From: Octopus bimaculoides
Taxonomy: Eukaryota
DNA: 64,000 nt
Direction: 5' to 3'
NCBI RefSeq assembly: GCF_001194135.2
Contig: NC_068981.1
Coordinates: 150,612,721 to 150,676,720, forward strand
Shown here in pieces: positions 1 to 11,189 of the stretch (within the stretch, counting starts at the first letter, position 1; each line of letters starts with the position of its first letter). A program made the translations under genes and the position numbers. Under the pieces are notes generated by a model. It searched no databases. It was not told where the DNA came from and saw nothing but the letters and a program-made list of their open reading frames with translations.

Positions 1-24
1 TATATATATATATATATATATATG

Positions 25-271
25 GCTCCCATGCTGGTGGCACATAAAAAGCACCATTCGAGCATGGTCTAAGCCAGTACTGCCTGAATGGCCCCCATGC
101 TAGTGGCACGTAAAAAGTACCCACAACACTCTTGGAGTGGTTGGTGTTAGGAAGGGCATCCAGATGTAGAAACCCCGCCAGATCAGATTGGAGCCTGGTA
201 CAGCCTCCTGGCTTGCCAGTCCTCAGTCAAACCATCCACCCCATCCCAGCATGGAAAGTACATGTTAAATG
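25..271 (+). mobile_element. RTE-type LINE 3' tail (non-coding)
   Basis: Motif GGAGTGGTTGGTGTTAGGAAGGGCATCCAG...CATGGAAAG...TTAAATGATGA; the same tail directly follows RTE ORF ends at 47160-47780 and 301-1610. Confidence 0.8.
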
Positions 272-300
272 ATGAGGAGAGAGAGAGAGAGACAGACAGA

Positions 301-1610
301 AATCATCATCATTTAACGTCCGCTTTCCATGCTGGCATGGGTTGGATAGTTTGACTGAGGACTGCCAAGTCAGAAGGCTGTACCAGGCTCCAATCTGATC
401 TAGCACAGCTTCTACAGCTGGATGCCCTTCCTAACGCCAACCACTCTGAGAGTGTAGTGAGTGCTTTTTACATGCCACTGGCATGAGGGCCAGTTAGGTG
501 ATACTGGCATCAACCACACTCGAATGGTGCTTTTTACATACCAATGGCACAGGAGCCAGTCAAGCAGCACTGGTAATGACCACGCTTGAATGATGCCTTT
601 TACATGCCACTGGCACAGGACCAGTAAGGCAGCACTGGCATCAACCATACTGGAATGGTGTTTTTACATGCCACTGGCATGGGTGCCAATCAAGTATTGG
701 GATCGGCTACAACTATGACTTCACTTGCCTCAACAGGTTTTCAAAAGCACAGTTTATGCCCAGTGATTGAAGGGTACTCTTAAATGGGCCAGTTATGCTG
801 CACTGGCACAGGCCACAGTTACGGTCTCACTTGGCTTGCCAGGTCTTCTCCAGCATAGCATATCTCCAAAGGTCTCGGTCACTCATCATCGTCTCCGTGA
901 GACTCAACATTTGAAGGTTGTGCCTCACCACCTCATCCCTGTCTTCCTGGGTCTACCTCTTTCACAAGTTCTCTCTACTGCTGGGGCGTAACACTTTTTT
1001 ACACAGCTGTCCTCATCCATACGCAACACATGACCATACCAGCGCAGTCATCTCTCTTGCACACATCTGATGCTTCTTAGGTCCAACTTTTCTCTCAGGG
1101 CATTTACACTCTGTCATGTATGCACACTGTCATTACACATCCAGTGGAGCATATTAGCTTCATTTCTTGCAAGCTTATGTATGTCCTCAGCAGTCACAAC
1201 CCATGTTTCACTGGCATGTAGCATGGCTGTTCGCACACATGTATCATGTAGTTTATCTTTTACTCTGAGCAAGAGGCCCCTTGTCACCAGCAGAGGTAGG
1301 TGCTCTCTGAACTTTGCCCAGACTATTTTTTATTTTAGCAGCTACACTCTCAGAGCATCCACCCCAGCTACTATTGTGGCACAAGCACTAGAAAAGTAGT
1401 CATATCCTTGGCAAGTCTAAATGGTCCTCTCAAAGTTATGTTGTCTCTCCTCACTCAGCAACCACTTTACAAGGTGTACTGGGTTAGTTTAATCAAGGCA
1501 TCAGCACCAGTGAGGTTGCCTTGTTTCCAATTAGACCAGAAAGTCACCAACATTTCCTTTAATCAAATCAACATGGCCTCAGTGGAGAATATGATGACAA
1601 AGAATGAATT
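301..1610 (-). mobile_element. 5'-truncated, degraded RTE-clade LINE (ORF C-terminus plus 3' tail)
   Basis: Minus-strand translation gives WAKFREHLPLL, CVRTAMLHASETW, LREKLDLRSIRCVQERRLRWYGHVLRMDEDSCVKK; tail ends in (ATG/GAT)n at 301. Confidence 0.85.
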
Positions 1611-2059
1611 AGAGTAAGAAGATGAAAAAGGATAAAAGATTTATCTGCTTAGAGAGGGGATATCATCAGCCTCATCATCATTGTCTTCACATCCATTTTT
1701 CATATGGGTTAAATGAAATTTGTTGAAGCAAATTTTCTATGGCTGAATACTTTTTCTGTTGCCAATCCTTATCTGTTTCCAAGTAACACAATATTTACCT
1801 ATGACCAACCAGGTTTTCATAGCAAATAAATAGGAAACAAAGGACTCCACTTGCATGACAGTGACACTCATTTACAACTATCACATGAAGTCAAGGCAAG
1901 GCAACAGTAACACACACACACACCACATATATATGGTGCACACACTGTATGTTCACAATTGTGAGATCTTGAGTTCAATCTCAGTGTATGGCATCTAGAA
2001 CAAATTTTCTGTCACAGCTTCAACTGGACTCAAGCATTGTGAGTGGCACAGTGTTGATG

Positions 2060-2385
2060 GCTTGGGGTTCTGTCAGTTACAATGACAAGTGTCCCAGTTG
2101 ATTTGATCACTGGAACAGCCTGCTCATGAAATTAATGTGCAAGTGATTGAGCACTCCACAGACACTCCACAGACACCCTTAATGTAGTTCTCAGGGAGAT
2201 TTAGCATGACAAAGAGTGTGACAAGGCTGACCCTTTGAAATACAAGTATAACTCATTGTTGCCAGCTGAGTGGAGTGGAACAATGTGAAATAAAGTGTCT
2301 TCCTCAAGGACACAACATGTTACTGGGAATTGAACTTATGACTTTGCAATCATAAATCAAATATCCTAACCACAAAATCAAATGC
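2060..2385 (-). mobile_element. tRNA-derived SINE, family C
   Basis: Reverse-complement match to the copy at 31403-31720; tRNA-like head at the right end. Confidence 0.65.
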
Positions 2386-4339
2386 CTTTACCACATTGTT
2401 GATGGGAACCAGATAGACCCCCATTAAATGTACCTGTAATTCAAAGGTCCAACCTGGTTACACAGTGTCAAGTTAATTTTAGTTAAGGATTAGATTAAGG
2501 GTAAATATTTCAGTGGAATACTCAGTGTCAGCTCACAAACTTATTAAGTAGGTAACTGAGTTGACTGAACCAGGTGTGCTTACATGAGTCTTGACAGGAG
2601 AATTGACCATAGATTGAAATAAACACATGAATATGTAAACATATATAAATAGGCCTGTACACTCAGAACAAACATCTGTGTATAAAAATGCATTTACTGT
2701 CTTATTCAAGCTCAGATATTTTGATATGGTTACTGTTTTGCTATTAGAAAAATAAACTCAGATATATAAAAATACTCTTCTCAAGGTCACAGCCATTGTA
2801 GTTGTTACTATACACAATTCACGTGATTCTCCTGAGTGAAGAGGAATGACATTTTTTTTTAGCAGGTCTTAAGGGTTATCTTCAAACTTGAGACCTAGTT
2901 AAAAATTTGAGTGAACTTCACTAAATGAACCCCAAAAATGGATATATCTGATCAGTTTACATCAACTCAATTTCACTCGCATGTATGTATGGCAGTATCT
3001 TACTGAACAACTTGCACAGATGATTTGTTTATAATGATCAAAAGTATGCGTTGCATATTAGCTCACTCACTCCATCAAATCGACATTGCTTGAACAAGTG
3101 TATGGTGTATCACACATCAGGTGTTGAAGTGATTGCAGAGTAATGTGAGAGATGAAGTGTTTTTATTCAAGAACACAACACACCACCTGGTATAGGAGTG
3201 AAACCCATGATCTAACAACTGTGAGTTTAACTCCCTAACCACTGGGCCATGTACCTTCACTTTCACACACATGGTTTGAGTCATTTGAAGGTTACTGTAA
3301 AAGACATTTGCTGAAGATGCTGTGAAGTGGAATAAAACCCAGAATAATTATGAAGAAAATTTTTTAATAACACTGTGATGCCTATGGATATCCACAAATT
3401 AATAGGTTAATGATGGACCTTTTTGACATGAAACAGATTGAAAATAAAAATAGAAAAGGACGACATTAGTGTCTCATGAGATAAAGTAGTTTTGGACAGA
3501 GTTTTAGATATTTTGGACAGAGCCATTCACTGGATGAGAAAATCAATTTTCTTCCAAGAAAAGACTTATTCAAAATATTTTTCATTATATCAAGACTCAT
3601 CCATTATATCAGCATACACTACACTTTTGTTTTGGGGATGTTTTTTTGTTTTTCTTTTCTTTTCCTAATGTTATAATGCTTGCAGAGTCAGCCTAGCTAA
3701 AAATAGCAATCGTAGCCATTTTCTTAATTTTACATAATTCTTAGGTAAAAAATCTAAATTTGTAAACACACTGTCTTCATTATGCTGGAATGTAAAGAAT
3801 TTAGTAGAAAAATGTTATAAATTCATTAGATTACTGTACATTAGATTATAAAGACAAGAATTATTTCTGCATTGAATAATGGTTTGGTAAAAAGAACAAT
3901 AAGACATTTCTTAAAAAAGATTTTTTTTTCTTTTGAACAGCTATATTTTTCCCATGAAGATATAGAACAAAATAATTTTTAAAAATATTCCTAATATTCT
4001 TATTATAAAATTAATTTATATCAGAAGAAAGTGATAACTTTGAAAAGTTGACAGATTATTATATATATGAAAAATCTCCAACACTTAATGATGTTATACA
4101 ACTTGTATGAGGTATTTTTAAAATAGCTATATTATTTTTACACTGGATGTTAGATAACAGCATTAATACAAGAATCTTGACAAATTCTATAATCGATGAG
4201 GTACAAAGAAAAGTTTTAAAACTTCATCTGTTTGTGACACATGTATTAAAAAAGGAAAATAATAACATAACACACTAGCACACTTTTCACCATTTTCATT
4301 ATTGTTATTATTATATATTTAACATTCATTTTATAATCA

Positions 4340-4610
4340 TCATTATCATCATCATCATTTAACATCTGTCTTCCAAGCTGGCATCTGTTGAATAGTTTGA
4401 CAGAAGCTGGCAAGGCAGAAGACTGCATCAAGCTTCACTGTCTGTTTTGGAAAGGTTTTTACAGCTCGATGCCCTTCCTAATGCCAACCACTCTATAGAG
4501 TGGGCTGAGAGCTTTTCACATGACACCAGTACCAGTGAAGTCTGTTTTGGCAAGGTTTTTATAGTTGGATGCCCTTCTTAATGTCAAACACTTTACAGAG
4601 TGAGCTGGGT
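4340..4610 (-). mobile_element. RTE 3' tail fragment
   Basis: CATCATCATTTAACATCTG...GATGCCCTTCCTAATGCCAACCAC, same tail family. Confidence 0.7.
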
Positions 4611-5109
4611 GCTATATCATATTAAAAGTTTATACAAAAGAATATTTCTGCTTCAGATCCAACAGGCTCTCATTTTTCTTAATGTCCACTCATTGTTAGA
4701 GTGTTAATCTCCTGGATGAAAGACCAACAATTTCCCATCATCAGCTACTCTTGTACAGTGAAAAGAATGGGAGAACAACTCATTGTTGTAAGCCACAATG
4801 TGCAAGATAATTGACAATGATTGCTCAACAGAATAGGCACAAATCCTCGTTGTATAAGCTACTAAAGAAGCCAATGAGAAAGCCTCTATAAAGTAGGTGA
4901 AGTTGCAAGTAACAGCAATCAAATTTCCTTCAAATCATACAAATCTTAAAAAAAAGTAAAGTAAATATAGAATAATGTAGTCCTGATATAATGCATAATG
5001 AGGTCTTAGCTACACATAATAAGTATGCTACCTAAAGTCTGTAAGTCACACAAACTATAATAAGGCTCTTTGTTTCATCAGGTACATCTGTGGTGGTGTC
5101 CAGAAAAGT

Positions 5110-5670
5110 ATCCTAATACAACAATGAAACCATATCTGGACACTTCTACAATTTCAAGAAACCAAGCAGCAAAAAAGGTTAATGAGATTTGTGAAACTGG
5201 TTTTTAGCTTTTAAGATATCAATATTTGCTTTGGATTTGATACATTCAACCAAGGGAATTGCTTTCAAATGTTCATCAGTCAACTTTGTTCGATGTGCTG
5301 ACTTCACAAACTTCATTTTTGAAAATGTTTACTCACAGACATAAGTTGTTCCAAACACTGATGCCATACTGGAGGCAAATTTCTTCAACGTGCTTCTCTT
5401 TCAACAAGTCATTTGCTTGCAAGTCAATGAGATGCTTACATCTTGTGAGCTCCTTCAACACTCAAATATGCAAAATACATGACACAATTCACTGAACTCA
5501 GTCCCTTTTAAACATGGTAATCTTCAGACCAGTTTAAACACAGCAATGCAAGTTAAAACACAATTGCTGCAGGAATGAACTCTCTTTGCAGGTACTTACA
5601 CAAAAGGTACAGTGCAGTGGCAGACTAGATAAACTGACTTTGCGGGCCGTAGTTTGCTAACCTCTCCATT
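5110..5670 (-). mobile_element. Internally deleted hAT (SPIN/Buster/Charlie-like) transposon remnant
   Basis: Minus strand encodes LIDLQANDLLKEKH then, after a frameshift, SVFGTTYVCE*TFSKMKFVKSAHRTKLTDEHLK...QFHKSH* (hAT C-terminal dimerisation motif); terminal-like GCGGGCCGTAGTTTGCTAACCTCT near 5643-5666. Confidence 0.8.
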
Positions 5671-5744
5671 AGATGATAGTTCACATAAGAAATGGGAGTC
5701 TAAGTGAAGTCATCACTCATCTATATTGATGAGTTGCTTATTTG

Positions 5745-5930
5745 AAACAGGTGGAGATGATTTGGGCATATTTTACAAATCCCGCCAGACAGAGCATTAT
5801 GAGAGAAAGTATATTGAAGACCAGAAGAAACAGGCAAGAGAAGAATATCAAGATCTTCATAACTGAGAACAAAATAGAAAGAGACTCAAAGACAAGATTC
5901 GGGATAGAAACAGTTGGTATGGATATATGG
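5745..5930 (+). mobile_element. Old non-LTR (RTE-like) ORF 3' fragment
   Basis: RWR*FGHILQIPPDRAL-like residue string typical of RTE C-termini; heavily degraded. Confidence 0.4.
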
Positions 5931-6093
5931 AAGCCTTTTGTGTTGCATTATGTTGTTGCTGGTAGAAATAGTAGTATGCATGCTAATCCTGAAAACATGA
6001 TAGAATGGTCTCAACTGGAAGGACTCTGATCATGTTTCTTCACACTCTGGGCAGACCCAGACTAAACAAAAACTAGTGAAGACACCGTATTAC

Positions 6094-6126
<33 letters not shown>

Positions 6127-6130
6127 TTTT

Positions 6131-6570
6131 AAGGTGGCAAGCTGGTAGAATCACTTGCACACTGGGCAAAATGCTTAATGGCATTTCATCCGTCTATACA
6201 TTCTGAGTGCAAATTCTGCCAAGGTTGACTTTGCTCTTCATCCTTTCATGGTTGATAAAATAAGTACCAGCTGAACACTGAGGTTGATGTAATTGACTAG
6301 TTTCCTACCACCAAATTTCAGGCTTGTGTCTATAGTAGAAAGGATTATCATTATTATTAAGGTGGCAAGCAAGCAGAGTTGTTAGCATGCTGGGCAAAAT
6401 GCTTAACAGCATTTCACTTGTCTTTACATCCTGAGTTCAAATTCCGCTGAGGTCAACTTAGTCTTTCGTCCTTTTAGGGCCAATAAAATATGTACCAGTT
6501 GAACACTGGGGTCGATGTGATCAACTTATCCCCATCCCTGAACTTGCTGACTTTGTGCCAAAATTTGAAA
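6131..6570 (+). mobile_element. Two tandem copies of tRNA-derived SINE family B separated by (ATT)n
   Basis: GGTGGCAAGCTGG..AGAAT..TTAGCA..CTGGGCAAAATGCTT...TGAGTTCAAATTC...TCATCCTTT...AAGTACCAG...GGGGTCGATGT motif present twice. Confidence 0.8.
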
Positions 6571-6789
6571 TTATTATCATTATTATTTTTATATTCTTAT
6601 TTATCTATCTATTTATTTATTTATTTATTTACATATCAATTTCTGTAATTCCTCAAGTTTTGTTCACTGAACATCAAGCCCATTATTCGTGTCAGCAGAT
6701 AATTAGCACATGTCTTAAAGTTCCAGCTGAAAAGACATGCTTTCTTTAATATCAAAATATTTGAATCCTATTAAAACAAGAATTACAGT

Positions 6790-7260
6790 TACCTCCCTGC
6801 AATCTCAGACATTTTAGGTCCCACTCTATGTCCTAGTATTTATCTATTTTTTCATTTTCTTTTTCTCTCACTCAAATGTTGAGTGAGGTCACATCTCTTA
6901 CCATACAATTTGTAAAATTTTTCTCAAGTACAAACAATATCTGGTCTTAAATGCTCCTGTTCCGTGTCTGTCTGAATTTTCATGTCTCATAATAATCAAC
7001 TTTTGCTGATCTATATTCATATTTCCTGGGTGCTCTCTGGCAATTGTGTAAAACACAATAATGCTTTACATAATTGTAAAGTGCATAACTGATATAGTTC
7101 TGTCATGTCGTCAGCCTTTGTATTTTCTTTCTGCTAGGTGCTTACACTCTGAAACTAAGTGGACTATAGTCTCTTCTCTTTCACCACATAATTGACATAA
7201 TGGTAATACATCCACCTCCAACTGTCTTGAAGAAAATTCCATGCAGTCCATTGTCATTCA
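6790..7260 (-). mobile_element. R4/Dong-like (restriction-like endonuclease) LINE remnant
   Basis: Minus strand: LCQLCGEREETIVHLVSECKHLAERKYKG*RHD (CCHC knuckle plus RHD) followed by RPDIV. Confidence 0.7.
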
Positions 7261-7420
7261 TTTTACTTCCTGTTTTCGATATCTTCTTTCTTTTTCCCCA
7301 AATTTTTTCATAACCCTTTCTTTATTTTTCTCTTTACTTCCTAGCACATACCTATACAGCATTCCTCCAATACAACACAATCTTCTAAACAAATCTCTTC
7401 CACCATTGCTATATCATCAT

Positions 7421-7890
7421 CATCATCATCATCATTTAACATCTATTGTCCATGCTGGCACAGTTTGACTGGGCTGGCATGCTGGAAGGCTGCGCCAGGC
7501 TCCAGTCTGATTTGGCATAGTTGTCTATGGCTGGATGCCCTTATGCCAACCATTCCAAGAGTGTAATGGGTGCTTTTATGTGCTACCAACACAGGTGCCA
7601 TTTGCATGACACCGTTATCTGCTACAACTAAGATTTTGCTCAGCTTGATGGGTCTTTATCTCAAGCACAACATAATGCCAAAGGTTTTGGTCATTGCCTC
7701 CATGAGGCCCAATACTCAAAAGGAACTCAGCCACTTTGCCTCTATGAGGCCTAATGCTTGAAAAGAAATCAGCCACCTTGCCTCCGTGAGGCCCAACACT
7801 TGAAAGGAACTCAGCCACTATGCCTCCTTCAGGCCCAACGCTTGAAAGGAACTCAGCCACTTTGCCTTTGTGAGGCCCAACGTTTAAAGG
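7421..7890 (-). mobile_element. RTE 3' end carrying a 42-nt tandem array
   Basis: RTE tail at 7421-7690, then four full and one partial 42-nt units at 7696-7890. Confidence 0.75.
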
Positions 7891-8488
7891 TTTGTCTATC
7901 AATGTTACCTTATCTTTTCAGCGAAACATTTTATACTGTCGGCAACTTTCTAATTTTCTGTAGTTCTTAAGTGTTTCAATTGATTATGCCTATGCTGCAC
8001 TGGATGACTGAGATAGCACATGGATTGATAGCTGTGATAATATACCTACTGTTTAAGAGGGATTTAAATATTTACTAGGCCTTTCTTTTTATAATTCATT
8101 TTACACATTTTGTCTTTTATGATATCAGTTTCCCAAAACTCCTAAATACCTGCACCTGGTTTCTTTATAAATTGTATTTTATATTCCCAACTGTACAAAG
8201 CCCAATTCCTCTTATTTCAGACCATTTTCCCCTCTTCGTAGTAAGGCTGCCACACTTGTGTCAAATTCCATTCTGATTTCCTCACTGAATATTCAAATAC
8301 AGTTTGCAAAAAATATCAAATTGCATTTTATATTTTTGCTGATTAATTTCAAGGTATACATAAATAATAAGTGGTCAATGTTTTGTTCATCTTTTCCTAA
8401 TTAATATCTTGCTTTAACTTTCTGAAGATACAGGTCATAGGGATAAAGCTGATAACAAATAGTAAAGATGATAGACTACCTTCTTCAA

Positions 8489-8627
8489 GTACATTATTTA
8501 CATTTGACAGATATTTGTCCTCATCTTGTTTGTTGTTAAAACGTTTCGGCTGATATACCCTCCAGCCTTCATCAGGTGTCTTGAAGAAATTTTGAACCTG
8601 GGTTCTCATTCCTAAGGTATTTTTCGA

Positions 8628-8669
<42 letters not shown>

Positions 8670-8871
8670 TATTATTAAATTCAAATTACGACAATTTCTC
8701 TGCAAAATAGGGGTAGTTTATCCTGTTCAGGCTATATTATTAGCATTATTCTGCGATTGAGAATTTAAAATCACTTCTTTAACTTTCTATTATTATTATT
8801 CAGGTCACTGCCTGGAATCAAACTCAGAATCTTGGGGTTAGTAGCCCGCGCTCTTGACCACTATGCCATAT
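8489..8871 (-). mobile_element. Short element with tRNA-like head and hammerhead motif (left copy, ~110-nt insert in its ATT tract)
   Basis: Reverse complement of 8882-9156; A-box TGGCATAGTGG, B-box-like GTTTGATTC, CTGATGA...GAAAC core. Confidence 0.75.
8536..8580 (-). ncRNA. Minimal type-I hammerhead ribozyme motif (core intact, 3' strand of stem I damaged)
   Basis: GACAC-CUGAUGA-A-GGCUG-loop-CAGCC-GAAAC-GUU, followed by UU instead of GUGUU. Confidence 0.6.
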
Positions 8872-8881
8872 GCCCGTTGGT

Positions 8882-9156
8882 ATATGGCATAGTGGTTAAG
8901 AGCGCAGGCTACTAACCCCAAGATTCCAAGTTCAATTCCAGGCAGTGACCTGAATAACAACAATAACAGCAACAGCAACAACAACAACAAATACCTTTGG
9001 AATGAGAACCCAGGTTCGAAATTTCCCCAAGACACCTGATGAAGGCTGGAGGGTATATCAGCCAAAACGTTGTGTTAACAACAAACAAGATGCGGACAAA
9101 TATCCCGCAAATGTAAATAATGTACATAATTCCTCATCTCTTAAATATAGAACTGT
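8882..9156 (+). mobile_element. Short element with tRNA-like head and hammerhead motif (right copy)
   Basis: A-box TGGCATAGTGG at 8885-8895, B-box GTTCAATTC at 8930-8938, (AAC) tract, hammerhead-like core at 9031-9076. Confidence 0.75.
9031..9076 (+). ncRNA. Minimal type-I hammerhead ribozyme motif (G12->A, probably inactive)
   Basis: Stem I GACAC/GUGUU, CUGAUGA, stem II GGCUG/CAGCC, AAAAC in place of GAAAC, loopless palindromic stem III AC-GU, GUU triplet. Confidence 0.6.
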
Positions 9157-9989
9157 ATTACCCACTTCAAGTATTCCGTTCTTTATCTCTAATTCCTTCA
9201 ACAAATAGTATTTTAGCTCTTTTACCAATGGAGTTTCCTACTCATTTAACTTTAGTTTAAAAGGCTGTCTACTCCATGGACACTTTTACTATTACTGTAA
9301 TAGTAAAATATTACACAGTATTTAACAAAGCCTCTTTGAATTATAAGTAGAATCCAGCTACAGATTTCGACACAGTTTCTGCCAACACAATTTCACACAT
9401 GAGGCTTAAGTTAACCCAAGGCTTATGATAGAAAACACTTGCTCAATGCTGCATGCAGTGAGATCAAAGTAAGGTTCTCGTGATTGTAAAGCAAAATTTG
9501 TTAGTTATGCTCACACCTACTGGCATTAAGATGACATTACATGGCACTAAGGGAAAGTGTCTTCTACTATAGCCCCTGGTAAAACCAAAGCTTTGTGAGT
9601 GGAATTTGTATACAGAAACTGAAAGCGACCCATTGCATGCACATGTGTGTGTATGTGTGTGTTCCTCTCTAATTGCCTTAGCATCATTTGATAGTTACAA
9701 AAGGGAGCCATCATCATCATCATGCAAATATTGTCCTTCCTTTCCAAACTTTCAGGAAAGAACATGTCTGGTCATAAGGAAATATTACTTTACTTGAAAA
9801 CAGATGAGAGTTCATGACAAGAAAGGCATTAGAAAATTTGCTTCAAGAAATTTTGCCCAAAGCATGGAGCATGGAAAGGTGGATGTTAAAACAATAATGA
9901 TGAAGTACCTATGAAGAACAAGGGTTAATATAATCAGTTATTGCTTTCCCCAAATTTCAGGCCTTGTGTATATGTATATTAGAAGCATA

Positions 9990-10189
9990 ATCTTTAGCAT
10001 GCTGGAGAAAATGTTCAGCAGTATTTCACTCATCTTCATATTCTGAGTTCAAATTCTGTCAGTCAGCTTTGACTTTTGTCATTTTGGGGATTGATGAAAT
10101 AAGTATCAGTCAAGCACTGAGGCATAATCAATTATCCCTCTCCCCACCAAATTTCATGCCTTGTGTCTATACTAGAAAGAATCATCGTC

Positions 10190-10225
<36 letters not shown>

Positions 10226-10440
10226 GGCAAGCTGGTGGAATTGTTACTACATTGGACAAAATGCTGAGCTGCATTTCTTCTGGCTCTTTGCATTTTGATT
10301 TCAAATTCTACTGAGATTGACTTTGCTATTCATCCTTTTGAGGGTCAATAAAATAAGTTCCAATTGAGCACAGGGGTCAATGTAAATGACTAGACCCCTC
10401 CCCTAAAATTTCAGGCCTTATATCTATAGAAGAAATTATT
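9990..10440 (+). mobile_element. Two tandem SINE family B copies separated by (TAT)n
   Basis: Same motifs as 6131-6570. Confidence 0.75.
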
Positions 10441-11158
10441 AATATTAACTCTTTTAGTGTCTAAGCATGTTTCTTCTCTCTCCAAGTCTGATTTTAATTT
10501 AAACATTACCTAGTAAAAAATTCTCTTGAATAATTGCCAAAAATGATTTTAGTTGCTTGAGGACAGTCTGCCCTGATACTTGAAAGTAGACAAAAAAAGT
10601 ATTTATTTACATAAAAATTTATTTATTTGCTTACACACTTTCACCATATTTCACATTCAACATGTCTACTAAACACACCCAAGGTACAAAGTAAAATATT
10701 ACAACAACAAACAAGACTCAAATGACAGCACAAAAATAAATTGTACCATAAAATAAGTAAAAAGAAAGAATTAATGAATAATAAATAGAACAAAAAAGTA
10801 TTTTAAGCAGACTCACAAATAATTTTTAAGTTAACAATAACAACAACAACAATGTGTACAGAGGCAAATATGTTAAATTATTGTTATAGTAGTCATATTA
10901 AAGAGGCTAGTTTTGCAAAGAAAATAATACGTAAGAATTTTAAAGAGGATGGCAGAAGTATCAAATTACCAGAAAAGAAACAGTTAGAACAGGCACTGAA
11001 TGAAATTTGGGGAGAAATTTTCTAAAATGCAGTAACAGAAGCATCACTGAAGACGGTTTCTTCAGTTTATTTGCATCCCATATTCCTTACAAGAACAGCT
11101 GTTAATTTCTTCCAGAATCTATGTTTGGTTAGTTTTTATTTTTTGTTTTTCTTTCTTC

Positions 11159-11189
<31 letters not shown>

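Noticed and set aside
7696-7890. CRISPR-like regularly spaced repeats
   Set aside because: The units are contiguous 42-mers with no unique spacers, lie inside an RTE, and the context is eukaryotic.
8882-8956. Functional tRNA gene
   Set aside because: It has A/B boxes, but the acceptor stem does not pair and it continues into a repeat body, so it is a SINE-type head.
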